Below, one piece after another: positions 17,309 to 26,535 of a stretch of DNA of 64,000 nucleotides (its first letter is position 1; every line of letters starts with the position of its first letter). This DNA comes from Parcubacteria group bacterium (GTDB lineage: Bacteria > Patescibacteriota > Patescibacteriia > UBA2169): assembly GCA_016181765.1 (NCBI GenBank), contig JACOYR010000001.1, positions 221,414-285,413 of the forward strand, read 5' to 3'. The notes below the pieces were generated by a model. The model ran no database searches. It was not told the origin of the DNA and worked only from the letters and a program-made list of their open reading frames with translations. The position numbers and the translations under genes were made by a program.

Positions 17309-18391
17309 ATGGATCAAAACAATCCCATCATTACGTTCCTCTTGGAGCACAACAAGCGCCAGAGCGAGCTGTTCTGCAGCCCGGATGCGGCGCTCGCGAG
17401 GCGCCAGTACCGCGCAACCCACCCCACGGAAATCGCGGCCTTAAAGTGCATGGACGGACGCCTCAACCTGGCCGTGCAAACCCAGACCCCGCCCGGCATC
17501 ATCCAGCCTTTCCGCAACATCGGCGGCATGTTTGACATCGGCTGGCCGTACTTTGGGGAGATCGCGAGCGGCTGGGTGAACTACGCCATCAGCAAGGGCC
17601 GCTCCGGCGTCATCCTGGTGACGTACCACTACTCCAAAGGGGACGCGCACCGCGGGTGCCGCGGATTTAACTACGACACTGAAGCGGCCAAGGCCTACAC
17701 GCGCGACTTATCAAACCAGATTGAGCGGGTCTTTGGCACAGAGCATAAGGTTATCTACCCGATCCAGGTCGGCATTGAAACCGATGACGAGGCTCTGATA
17801 GTGCACGGAAAAAACGGCGAAACCCTGAACCTGGCCGAAGAGCCGGCCGCAACTGAAGACGCATTGCGGCAGAGGGTGGAAAAGCTGTACCCAGACATGG
17901 GCAAGCAGATGGCTGTTGACATTGTGCCCCTGTTTTTGGGGAACCAGCGCCACATCGCCGCAATCAGAGCCTCTAACCGGCCCGTGGTTAATACCGAGCA
18001 CAGGGAGCAGGTCCTGGTTGTGGGCCGGGGCATGGACTGGCTGCATTTGCCGAACAAGGCCCTGATTGTGGGACCCTACAGCTACAATTTGCGCGAACCC
18101 ATTGTGGCCGCGGCCGGCATCCTGCTGGATAACATAAAAAAAGGCCGCGTCCCGGAACAAGACGGCCTCGTGCTCCTGACTTCAGCCGCGTACCGCGAGG
18201 ACGCGGGCTTTGAAAAACTGCGCGCCATTGAAAAGGCCCGTTCGTTTGCGGACTTTGCCCTGGACGCCATCTACGAAGCCGTGCCCGAGATCAAGCCGCA
18301 CCTGCATCTGCTCGCAAGCATCGTGGATTTGAACACCCGCCTCTTGACCGTAGTTCCGCCGCGCAACCAGGCACCGGGCACTGCGCGCTAA
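17309..18391 (+). CDS. beta-carbonic-anhydrase-like protein with C-terminal extension (360 aa)
   Basis: KCMDGR...PPGIIQPFRNIGG aligns with beta-CA CSDSR...EPGELFVHRNVAN (CxDxR and PGxxFxxRN motifs), and a later H-x-x-C (AHRGCRG) matches HxxCG. This is recall-based alignment to E. coli Can, not a search. Confidence 0.5.
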   Translation: MDQNNPIITFLLEHNKRQSELFCSPDAALARRQYRATHPTEIAALKCMDGRLNLAVQTQTPPGIIQPFRNIGGMFDIGWPYFGEIASGWVNYAISKGRSGVILVTYHYSKGDAHRGCRGFNYDTEAAKAYTRDLSNQIERVFGTEHKVIYPIQVGIETDDEALIVHGKNGETLNLAEEPAATEDALRQRVEKLYPDMGKQMAVDIVPLFLGNQRHIAAIRASNRPVVNTEHREQVLVVGRGMDWLHLPNKALIVGPYSYNLREPIVAAAGILLDNIKKGRVPEQDGLVLLTSAAYREDAGFEKLRAIEKARSFADFALDAIYEAVPEIKPHLHLLASIVDLNTRLLTVVPPRNQAPGTAR

Positions 18392-18443
18392 TATCACCAG
18401 CAGCGTTTTGCGGGCACTGCCCCTAAAACGCTGCCGGTGATAT
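18391..18443. repeat. 19-bp near-perfect inverted repeat (hairpin) between the two beta-CA-like genes
   Basis: atatcaccagcagcgtttt ...15-nt loop... aaaacgctgccggtgatat, one mismatch; the loop itself contains ggg...ccc. Confidence 0.8.
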
Positions 18444-18484
18444 TGTACTTTCCACGTTCCGTGCTTTTGCCTTGGGGAGGGCGC

Positions 18485-19027
18485 ATGCACGCACTATCGG
18501 AAAATGACGTAGCCATTGTTCGTTCGTTGCGGGATGCAGGCGTTCTGCAAGATGTTGAAAGCCACCGGCTGGACCAAAGCAACGGAGTGATACTGGTTAC
18601 CTGCCCGGATGGGGACCACTTCGTTGACATCTTCAGCCACCAGCTACGGATGCAAGAAGGCCAATGCAGCGACCCGCGCATCCACCCGCTCGGCTGGCAC
18701 GGCGGCGCCATCCGCCTGGTTGCGGGTTCGCCAGCCAACAAGCACCCGGGCGAACACCAGATCTTCCTGGAGGAGATCCGGGACGCGCGGGGGCTGAAAG
18801 GCATCAACACTGTTGCCCTCTACAGCCATGCGCAGTGCGGCAAAGCAAGCGCGTGCGGAGTTGACTTCCTGCAGCTGATGATGCTCCACATGCAGGCCAA
18901 AGCCGCCGTCAAAGCCATGAATAGCGGCATTTCCGTTGCGTGCTTCCTGCACGTCACCTATCCCACTGGGACCCGGCGGACGTACTTTGTCTCCCGGCCG
19001 GATTGGGACCGATGGTTCAGCACTTAA
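18485..19027 (+). CDS. second, more divergent beta-CA-like/paralogous protein (180 aa)
   Basis: GVILVTCPDGDH resembles GVILVTYHYSKGDAH of the upstream protein, and ALYSHAQCGKA resembles the beta-CA HxxCG motif. The GGGAGGG SD is 4 nt before ATG 18485; the listed 18437 start is a GTG inside the hairpin stem. Confidence 0.4.
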   Translation: MHALSENDVAIVRSLRDAGVLQDVESHRLDQSNGVILVTCPDGDHFVDIFSHQLRMQEGQCSDPRIHPLGWHGGAIRLVAGSPANKHPGEHQIFLEEIRDARGLKGINTVALYSHAQCGKASACGVDFLQLMMLHMQAKAAVKAMNSGISVACFLHVTYPTGTRRTYFVSRPDWDRWFST

Positions 19028-19061
19028 AGCCCCAATCACACTGCCCTTTCGCCACGAACCA

Positions 19062-19098
19062 CCCGGACATATGGAGGATGTCCGGGGTTCTTTTTTTA
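19062..19098. terminator. bidirectional intrinsic terminator (beta-CA-like operon / typA)
   Basis: cccggacat-atggagg-atgtccggg followed by gttcttttttt. Confidence 0.7.
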
Positions 19099-19107
19099 CT
19101 GAAATAG

Positions 19108-20913
19108 TTACCCCATGCCCCGCGCTTTGCGCCTCGCTTCGGTCTCATCCAAAACAATTTTGCGGATGCGGATGTTCTGCGGCGTCACCTCCACCAGCTC
19201 ATCATCCCCGATGTACTGCAAGGCCGCTTCCAAATCCATGATGCGGGGAACCGCAAAGTGCTCGCTCACCCCCTCTCCCTTGCTCCGCATGTTGGAGAGC
19301 TCTTTTGCCTTAGTGGGGTTGACGTGCAAATCACCGCTCCGCGAGTGCTGGCCAATGACCTGGCCCTTGTACACTTGGATCTGCGGCCCCAAGAACAGGG
19401 TGCCGCGCTTCTGGATGTTGGTGAGGCCGTACAAATTCGTTGCCCCGGCTTCCATGGAAACCAAAGAGCCTTGCTCCCGCTCGCGCCAATTTGGAGCATC
19501 TTCCGCGTACTCGTAAAACACACTGTGCATGATGCCCAGGCCCCGCGTGTCCGTGAGGAACTCGCTGCGGTAGCCAAAGAGCCCGCGCGTGGGAATCAAA
19601 AACTCCATGAACGTAACCCCGTTCTCCACTTTCATCTCCTGCATGATGCCGTTGCGCTTGCCCAGCTTTTCAATGACCACTCCGGCGTGCTCCTCCGGCA
19701 CCTCTACGGTCGCCCACTCGTACGGCACCAATGTTTTGCCGTGTTCCTGGTGCGTAATCACCTGGGGACGGCCCACCTGCAGTTCATACCCTTCGCGGCG
19801 CAGGCGCTCAATCAAAATAGCCAAATGCAGCTCGCCGCGGCCGGATACCACCCAGGTGCCGTCGTCCGCATCTTCCACGCGCAACGCCATGTCGGTCTGC
19901 AGTTCCTTGTACAAGCGCTCGCGCACCTGGCGCGAGGTGGTGTAGTCCCCCTCCTTGCCTGCCATGGGAGAATTGTTCACCAGAAACTGCATTTTCACGG
20001 TTGGCTGGTCCACGTCCAAGAGCGGCAGGGCAACCGGATTTTCGGTATCCGCGATGGTTTCGCCAATGGTGATGTCCGGAATGCCGGCAATTGCCACAAT
20101 GTCACCTGCTTCCGCTGATTCAGTTTCGGCCTTGTCCAAGCCGATGAATGTCATGAGTGATGTCAGGCGCGCTTTTGCCTGCTCTCTGGCGCGGTTGATG
20201 TGCACAATCTCCTGCCCGGCTTTCACGGTCCCGTTGTAAATGCGCGCAACCCCGATCTTACCCTTAAAGCTATCTTGGCTAAGGGATGTGATGAGCATCT
20301 GCAACGGCTTTGCCGGATCTCCGGATGGAGCCGGAATCTTGCTCAAAATGGTTTCAAACAATGGGGTGATATCCGCCATCTTAGAGAGGTCCGCTTCCAT
20401 GCCCGCCTTGCCCTGCTTTGCTGATGCGAACACAATCGGGAAATCAAGCAGAGTATCATCCGCACCCAGCTCCACGAACAAATCAAAGGTCTTGTTCACG
20501 GCCTGGTCCGGGTTTGCGCCGGTCTTATCAATTTTGTTGATGACCACAATAATGCGCAACCCCAATGAGAGCGCCTTCTTGAGCACAAACCGCGTCTGCG
20601 GCATGGGGCCTTCCTTGGCATCCACCAAGAGCAAACAGCCGTCTGCCATGGAAAGCACGCGCTCCACCTCGCCCCCGAAATCCGCGTGCCCGGGCGTGTC
20701 TATGATGTTGATCTTGGTGTCGTGCCACACCACGGACGCATTCTTGGAAAAAATCGTAATCCCCCGCTCCCGCTCCAAATCATTGGAATCCATGATCAAT
20801 TCCGAGGCAACGTCTTTGGCGAGCTTGGTATGCGCCTGGCGCAATAAAGCATCCACCAAAGTGGTTTTGCCGTGGTCTACGTGGGCGATAATGGCGATGT
20901 TGCGGAGGTTCAT
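19108..20913 (-). CDS. typA: translational GTPase TypA/BipA
   Basis: [19 protein letters not shown]1 motif, 601 aa, EF-G-like domain order. Confidence 0.9.
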   Translation of the reverse strand: MNLRNIAIIAHVDHGKTTLVDALLRQAHTKLAKDVASELIMDSNDLERERGITIFSKNASVVWHDTKINIIDTPGHADFGGEVERVLSMADGCLLLVDAKEGPMPQTRFVLKKALSLGLRIIVVINKIDKTGANPDQAVNKTFDLFVELGADDTLLDFPIVFASAKQGKAGMEADLSKMADITPLFETILSKIPAPSGDPAKPLQMLITSLSQDSFKGKIGVARIYNGTVKAGQEIVHINRAREQAKARLTSLMTFIGLDKAETESAEAGDIVAIAGIPDITIGETIADTENPVALPLLDVDQPTVKMQFLVNNSPMAGKEGDYTTSRQVRERLYKELQTDMALRVEDADDGTWVVSGRGELHLAILIERLRREGYELQVGRPQVITHQEHGKTLVPYEWATVEVPEEHAGVVIEKLGKRNGIMQEMKVENGVTFMEFLIPTRGLFGYRSEFLTDTRGLGIMHSVFYEYAEDAPNWREREQGSLVSMEAGATNLYGLTNIQKRGTLFLGPQIQVYKGQVIGQHSRSGDLHVNPTKAKELSNMRSKGEGVSEHFAVPRIMDLEAALQYIGDDELVEVTPQNIRIRKIVLDETEARRKARGMG

Positions 20914-20936
20914 ATAAAAAACCGCTAATGAACTAT

Positions 20937-22250
20937 TTACCGGCCAAAGCGCCGTCCGCCGCGGGATGGCGAGTCGGAGCGCGAGCGGGATCGTCCGCGG
21001 CTGAACCCGCGGCTTACGCCGGAAGGCCGGGGCGAACGCGGACGTGCGAACCTGCGCCCGCCTCCTTCATCATCATTCCTGCCGCCCAGATACACGGCGC
21101 GGATCACTGCATCGCTCTGGCGAGGCAGCGCGGGAAGCGCCAAGATGGGAATGGTTTTCTTGATGAGGCGCTCAATCTGCTTGATATCCCCGCGCTGGTC
21201 CGGGGTTGCGAACGAAATCGCTTTCCCGGTTAAGCCGGCGCGGCCCGTGCGGCCGATGCGGTGCACATAGTCCTCCGCGTTCTGCGGAAGGTCAAAATTG
21301 ACGACCAAGGAAATGCCGGTCACGTCTATGCCGCGGGCCGCAATGTCGGTTGCGATGAGCACGCGGTATGTGCCGGACTTAAACCCTGCCATGGCATCCT
21401 TGCGCTGGGCAAGGGAACGGTTGGAGTGTATTTCCGCAACCGTGTGGCCCATGGCGTGCACCACGCGCGTAATCTTTTTGGCGCCGTACTTGGTGCGCGT
21501 AAACACGAGCACCGTGCCCGGGTTTTCCGTAAGAATCTTTTCCAAAAGCGGAAGCTTTGCCTGCTTATCAAGCACAAACACTTCCTGCAGAACGCCCTCG
21601 GCTGCGGTCCCCTGGGGCGCGACTTCAATGCGCAGAGGCATGTGCATGAACTGCGAGGCAAGGCTTGCGATTTGCGGAGGCATGGTCGCGGAGAACATCA
21701 AGGTCTGGCGCTGCTGCGGGCACGCCGCGAGAATGCGCTTGATGGCCGGGAAAAACCCGATGTCAAACATGCGGTCAGCCTCATCAAGCACCACAATGCT
21801 GATGCGGTTGAGATTGATTGCCTTCTGCTCCATGTGGTCCATCAAACGGCCCGGTGTCGCAATGATGACGTGCGGATTGCGCTTAAGGTCCCGAATCTGC
21901 ATGTTTGCCGAAGCCCCGCCAATGATGACCGCGGTTTTAAGGCCCAGGGAAACGCCGATTTTATGGAGCGTCTCATCCACTTGGATGGCGAGCTCGCGCG
22001 TGGGAATCAAAATCAGGGCCTGGCCTTTTTCCTCGGCAAGCCGCTGGAGCATGGGCACGCCGAACGCCAAGGTCTTGCCGGTCCCGGTCTGCGCGATGCC
22101 CACCACGTCTTTTCCGGCGATTGCGTGCGGAATGCACTGGTGCTGGATGGGGGTTGGGGTGATGAATTTTTTGCTCGCGAGAATCGCAAGCAGTTTTGGG
22201 GCAATCCCCAGGTTGTTGAACGAGAGTTCAACAGTGTCGTGTTGTGTCAT
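20937..22250 (-). CDS. DEAD-box ATP-dependent RNA helicase with RG-rich C-terminal tail
   Basis: AQTGTGKT, PTRELA, DEAD, SAT and HRIGRTGR motifs; C-terminal RGGR/SR repeats. Start at MTQHDT (22250) is preferred over 22286, which lies inside a hairpin. Confidence 0.85.
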   Translation of the reverse strand: MTQHDTVELSFNNLGIAPKLLAILASKKFITPTPIQHQCIPHAIAGKDVVGIAQTGTGKTLAFGVPMLQRLAEEKGQALILIPTRELAIQVDETLHKIGVSLGLKTAVIIGGASANMQIRDLKRNPHVIIATPGRLMDHMEQKAINLNRISIVVLDEADRMFDIGFFPAIKRILAACPQQRQTLMFSATMPPQIASLASQFMHMPLRIEVAPQGTAAEGVLQEVFVLDKQAKLPLLEKILTENPGTVLVFTRTKYGAKKITRVVHAMGHTVAEIHSNRSLAQRKDAMAGFKSGTYRVLIATDIAARGIDVTGISLVVNFDLPQNAEDYVHRIGRTGRAGLTGKAISFATPDQRGDIKQIERLIKKTIPILALPALPRQSDAVIRAVYLGGRNDDEGGGRRFARPRSPRPSGVSRGFSRGRSRSRSDSPSRGGRRFGR

Positions 22251-22413
22251 AACTGAATTAAGTGACCCGATGAATCTGGTGGTCACTTATGGTATGACAC
22301 AAAAGAGTTCGAGTCTGTTTATGCCTAAAAGCGGCATAAACGTTGATTAAGTACCTATGATAGCACGAAAAATACGGCGTGTCAAGCCTGCTGACCCAAT
22401 TCGTGCATCAAAG

Positions 22414-23838
22414 TCATTGCCCGGCCCGGTACACAAGATCCGAAACCGTGAACTCGTACCACGGCTTTTCCGCAACAATCCCGCGGTTCTCTTCAAGCCA
22501 TTCACCCCACTCCTCAAATCGCGGGTCATCACTGCGCTCTTCAACGTAGCCCAGCACGTCCGTGGAGAGCATTTTCAGTTCCGGGAGCGCTATGCGCGAA
22601 TCAAGACGCTGCGCGAGGGAAACGTTCGCGCGCATAATAAACTGCTCAACCGGGAACAGGCACAATGCGGCATACATCCAGAGGAACAGGAATGCCGCAA
22701 ACTTCACCAAATCGCGCCGCTTGCTGCCGAAAAACTGGAACACGAGCCACCCGAACAAAATAATTGAGAAGAGCACGGTGTATGCCGCGAAAAACTTCTC
22801 ATAGCTGAATCCATAGAGCGTTACATACAGCGCCATGCGCCATGCCGCGGAAAACACCAAAAGCAAGGATGCAATGGCAAACGCCGCGAGCAAGCGCTGG
22901 ACCAACGTGTTCGTTCTTGCGTATGTGGCCAGGAAAATAAGGGCGTTGATGATTGAGAGGGCAAGCAACTGCCAGAACCCGCTCTTGACGAGGATTTCGG
23001 TTTCTGAAAAATCAATGGGCAGCTCGGAAACCCACAAGCGCTTAATCTGGATGATGAGGAACAGCGCGTACACCAGGAATATGCCCCCAACCACAATGCC
23101 CGACACAATCGCGTCAACGCGCTTGTTTTCATGCGATTCGCGCACCTCGGGCCGTGAGCGCCATGCAAGCCCGAGCGCCAGAGAGAACAATGCGATGACC
23201 ACGCCAACCACCACGCGCCACAGCGTTTCAATTTCAGCCAAGCGGCCCAGGAAATCAAGCAACGGCTTGACCAGGGCTTTGAATTGCGGGTCAGCGCTGG
23301 AAAGCAGGGGCAGTATCACCATAACCACAATCACTAATAAAAGTATAACGCCCGCAATTGCGCGGCGAGCCGTGTTTGAGCTTCCCTTGCCGAACAACAC
23401 CCGGCTGTACTCGCGGATTGCGGCTCCCAGGGTCCCGAGCCACGCAAACGCGCGCCCCGCGAATGTTTGCGCAAATCCCCATCCCCATCTCGCGGCACGG
23501 TCCCCGAGCAGGGCATACGTCACAAAAACCACGAACAGCAACGGGGCAACGGGAATGGTAATCGCCTTAATGATTGGGCTTCCGTAGAGCGCATAACTTA
23601 CGGCAATGGCGACAAACGGAACAAGCCATGTCCACTGTTGCTTGCTCCACATCGGGCGCTCGGCCGGAAAAACGTTTCCCAAAGGCCCGAGCAGGAGCGC
23701 CAAAAAAACCGCGGCATTCATGCCCAAGGCAGAGGGGCCGCGTTCAAAAAATCCCCACAAAAATACCACCCAAAAGACTGCCAGGCAAATGCTCCATACG
23801 AGGAGCGGTTGTGCGCGTTCGGTGAGTGTGAATTGCAT
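22414..23838 (-). CDS. multi-pass membrane protein (DUF4153/DUF4173-like), unknown function
   Basis: More than 10 TM helices, 474 aa; immediately downstream of tRNA-Trp, in the slot where secE-nusG is often found. Confidence 0.5.
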   Translation of the reverse strand: MQFTLTERAQPLLVWSICLAVFWVVFLWGFFERGPSALGMNAAVFLALLLGPLGNVFPAERPMWSKQQWTWLVPFVAIAVSYALYGSPIIKAITIPVAPLLFVVFVTYALLGDRAARWGWGFAQTFAGRAFAWLGTLGAAIREYSRVLFGKGSSNTARRAIAGVILLLVIVVMVILPLLSSADPQFKALVKPLLDFLGRLAEIETLWRVVVGVVIALFSLALGLAWRSRPEVRESHENKRVDAIVSGIVVGGIFLVYALFLIIQIKRLWVSELPIDFSETEILVKSGFWQLLALSIINALIFLATYARTNTLVQRLLAAFAIASLLLVFSAAWRMALYVTLYGFSYEKFFAAYTVLFSIILFGWLVFQFFGSKRRDLVKFAAFLFLWMYAALCLFPVEQFIMRANVSLAQRLDSRIALPELKMLSTDVLGYVEERSDDPRFEEWGEWLEENRGIVAEKPWYEFTVSDLVYRAGQ

Positions 23839-23867
23839 ATGATTTGTTTGTTAGAAGCCTGCTCAAC

Positions 23868-23941
23868 TGGCAGGGGCGGTAGGAATCGAACCTACGATAT
23901 CGGTTTTGGAGACCGAAGTTATACCATTTAACTACGCCCCC
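23868..23941 (-). tRNA. tRNA-Trp (anticodon CCA)
   Basis: Hand-folded cloverleaf: acceptor GGGGGCG/CGCCCCT, anticodon stem TCGGT/ACCGA, loop CTCCAAA, T-arm GTAGG-TTCGATT-CCTAC, CCA encoded. Confidence 0.8.
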
Positions 23942-23980
23942 TCGTCAGAGCCGGCGGGTCGGCCCAAGAAAAAACTTGCT

Positions 23981-24358
23981 CTAGTATTGGTCGGCCTGTT
24001 TTTTAAGTTCCATTTCAATCACCCGCTTGAGCTCCGGAAACTTTTCAAAGAGGTATTTGAACCGGTCAAGAGTTTCCCCGGTTGCCTCATTGAAGAGCGG
24101 CGTCCCGCCCGCATAGAACGTGCCTTGCGCGTCCCCGAACTCGTTGAGTCTGTTTGAGGAAAGCCACTCATCAACCGCGGCTTTCTGCTCTTGGGTCAAA
24201 TTGCGGGTAAACCCCTCCCCGGATTCGCGGATAATGCGGAAGCCGGAATCAGCGGCCCGGAAAAGCGTGTTTTTTGCATTCGTAACCAGAAACTCGGAGC
24301 AGCCTACGCCCAAGAGCGGAATGGCCGCAAGCAGGATAAGGAGCCTCATGCGGGGCAT
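23981..24358 (-). CDS. small lipoprotein, unknown function
   Basis: MPRMRLLILLAAIPLLGVGC lipobox; about 125 aa. Confidence 0.5.
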   Translation of the reverse strand: MPRMRLLILLAAIPLLGVGCSEFLVTNAKNTLFRAADSGFRIIRESGEGFTRNLTQEQKAAVDEWLSSNRLNEFGDAQGTFYAGGTPLFNEATGETLDRFKYLFEKFPELKRVIEMELKKQADQY

Positions 24359-24360
24359 AC

Positions 24361-24516
24361 CTACTTGGTCTCCTTGTGCAGGGTGTGCTTTTTGCACCAC
24401 TTGCAGAACTTCTTGAGCTCAAGCCGGTTGGTGAGCTTTTTCTTGTTCTTCTGGGTGTCGGCCGTGACGCGCTTGCAGACCGTGCACTCAAGCCGGGCCA
24501 ATCGTTCTTGGGACAT
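24361..24516 (-). CDS. rpmG: 50S ribosomal protein L33
   Basis: Unlisted 51-aa [54 protein letters not shown]; Cys4 zinc-ribbon L33. Confidence 0.85.
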   Translation of the reverse strand: MSQERLARLECTVCKRVTADTQKNKKKLTNRLELKKFCKWCKKHTLHKETK

Positions 24517-24551
24517 AGAGGTAGTGTTAGTGATTGAAAGTAAAGCCGGGC

Positions 24552-24628
24552 TGGAGCCACCCGTCGGATTCGAACCGACGACCTACTGTTTACAAAACAG
24601 TTGCTCTAACCAGCTGAGCTAGGGTGGC
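24552..24628 (-). tRNA. tRNA-Thr (anticodon TGT)
   Basis: Acceptor GCCACCC/GGGTGGC, anticodon stem ACTGT/ACAGT, loop TTTGTAA, T-arm GTCGG-TTCGAAT-CCGAC, CCA encoded. Confidence 0.75.
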
Positions 24629-24704
24629 TCGGTATGGGTGGCTGGATACTTAATCATACTACCCAAAAATCGCCAAAAAGTCAACTAAATGGTACACTCA
24701 AGCC

Positions 24705-25901
24705 ATGGCAAGCAAAAAACAAAGCATCGTGATTCTGGGAGCCGGGTTTGGGGGCGTGTATGTGCACAAACGCCTGCAAAGCGCATTCCGAAAGGATCGG
24801 GATATATCCATGACCGTCATCAATGAACGCGATTGCTTCCTGTTCACGCCGCTCTTGCACGAGGTCGCAACCGGAGGCCAAAGGCAGGAGAATATTATTG
24901 AGCCCCTGTACCGCGCACTGGGCTCTGGCACTCTCTTCCGCATAACCCGCGCCACCAGGGTTGATCCGGCTCGCGGCATAGTCGCGACTGCAGGCGGGGA
25001 CATCCCCTACGACTATCTGGCGCTCGCAACCGGCTCTCGCGCGAACTTTTTTGGAATTCCCGGAGCGCAAGAGCACTGCTTTGCGCTCAAATCTCTGGAA
25101 GACGCTGTACGGCTCAAGAACTTTGTAACCGATAGTGCGAAAAGGCCGGGCGCCCTGGGCTTTGTGGTGGTGGGCGGAGGCGCCACCGGAGTTGAGCTTT
25201 CCGCGGAGCTGGTTGAATTTACGCGCAATGCGCTCCGCAGAAAAGACACAGCCGTGACGCTGGTGGAGCTGGGCACGGATCTGATTCCGCAATTTGGCAG
25301 CCGCCTCCGAAAAGAAGCGCTCAAGGTCCTGCGCAAAAAAGGCATTGACGTGCGGCTCGGGACCGGAGTCGCCAGCGTGTCCGCTGATTCAGCCGCCCTT
25401 ACTAACGGAGAGCGCATCCCAGCCAATGCCGTGATCTGGACCGCGGGCGTTTCTCCAAACGCCATTCCGTTTGCCGGCAACGTTGCGCTCGCCAAAAACG
25501 GGGCATACGCGGTAAATGAGTATCTGCAGCTGGCCAACTACAAAAATATCTTTGCCCTCGGAGATGTTGCGTCTTTCACCAATCCGGGTGAAATAAAGCC
25601 CGTGCCCCAGCACGCGCAAACCGCGGTCGCAGAAGCCACGTGCGTTGCGGAAAATATTATCCGCTCAATTAAAAAACAGCCGCTCAAGGCGTTCCGCTAC
25701 CATCACACGGGAGATTTGGTTTCCCTGGGCAGGTGGCGCGCGGTCGGCGAGATTGCGGGCATTGCATTGAGCGGGCGCTTTGCCTGGTGGCTGTGGCGCA
25801 CCGTGTACCTCGGAAAGCTCCTCACGTGGCGCAAGCGGGTGGCTGTGGCAATTGACTGGACCATCCAGCTCTTTATGCGGCGCGACACCGGAAAGCTCTG
25901 A
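24705..25901 (+). CDS. ndh: type II NADH dehydrogenase (NDH-2) / FAD-dependent pyridine nucleotide-disulfide oxidoreductase
   Basis: IVILGAGFGGVY and VVGGGATGVE dinucleotide-binding motifs; near-leaderless after ATGGTACACT. Confidence 0.8.
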   Translation: MASKKQSIVILGAGFGGVYVHKRLQSAFRKDRDISMTVINERDCFLFTPLLHEVATGGQRQENIIEPLYRALGSGTLFRITRATRVDPARGIVATAGGDIPYDYLALATGSRANFFGIPGAQEHCFALKSLEDAVRLKNFVTDSAKRPGALGFVVVGGGATGVELSAELVEFTRNALRRKDTAVTLVELGTDLIPQFGSRLRKEALKVLRKKGIDVRLGTGVASVSADSAALTNGERIPANAVIWTAGVSPNAIPFAGNVALAKNGAYAVNEYLQLANYKNIFALGDVASFTNPGEIKPVPQHAQTAVAEATCVAENIIRSIKKQPLKAFRYHHTGDLVSLGRWRAVGEIAGIALSGRFAWWLWRTVYLGKLLTWRKRVAVAIDWTIQLFMRRDTGKL

Positions 25902-25914
25902 TGAAAAAAAGATA

Positions 25915-25964
25915 GAGCCCGCTCCACAGTGTGGGCGGGCTCCGCGTCCGGACAGGCTCTGTCC
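25915..25964 (+). terminator. two stem-loops downstream of ndh (putative terminator, no T-run)
   Basis: gagcccgc...gcgggctc and ggacag-gctct-gtcc. Confidence 0.35.
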
Positions 25965-26299
25965 TAGACGATTGCGCGCAGTTGCTCCTGGACCCCATCC
26001 ATCTTCCGCCTCTGGGCGGCCAATGCCTGCTGGAATCCGCGCACATCATCCCCGCGTGCTTGCCGCTCGGCTATCTTCCGCTGAAGCAGCAAAACGTCCT
26101 CCGTAACAGTGTTGAGCTGTTCCGCAAGGCCAGCCTGCGCATCGCTAAGGTGCATACCACATCTCCCCATGGTGTGGCGTGGAATGAACTCAAAGACCCC
26201 GGTTGCGCCGAGGTCTTTGTGTGGAATGATTGAACGAATCAAAAACCTCGGGCTATTGCCTGTTAACGGAAAAGAGGTTAAGATTCTTAATTCGTGCAA
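25964..26299 (-). CDS. questionable small coiled-coil ORF
   Basis: Only the C-terminal ~63 aa (MHLSDAQAGLAEQLNTVTEDVLLLQRKIAERQ...) looks protein-like; no convincing promoter. Confidence 0.2.
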   Translation of the reverse strand: MHELRILTSFPLTGNSPRFLIRSIIPHKDLGATGVFEFIPRHTMGRCGMHLSDAQAGLAEQLNTVTEDVLLLQRKIAERQARGDDVRGFQQALAAQRRKMDGVQEQLRAIV

Positions 26300-26416
26300 C
26301 CATCATATAAAACACCATAGCATATCCCGCGATTTTCCGCAATGTGAGTTTTGCACAGAGTGCACGATGCTTGCTAAAATGCCTTTATTTTGGTATTATT
26401 CCATTCGTGCTGATGC

Positions 26417-26503
26417 GGGTCGGTAGCGAAGCGGTCAAACGCGTCTGACTGTAAATCAGATGGCCTCGTGCCTTCGGGGGTTCGAATCCCTCCCGGCCCA
26501 CCA
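26417..26503 (+). tRNA. tRNA-Tyr (anticodon GTA), class II long variable arm
   Basis: Acceptor GGGTCGG/CCGGCCC, anticodon loop CTGTAAA, long variable arm, CCA encoded; TGGTATTAT -10 at 26386-26394. Confidence 0.8.
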
Positions 26504-26505
26504 AA

Positions 26506-26535
26506 AATATCCGCCTTGAGGCGGATATTTTTGTT
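26506..26535 (+). terminator. rho-independent terminator after tRNA-Tyr
   Basis: aatatccgcc-ttga-ggcggatatt then tttttg. Confidence 0.75.
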
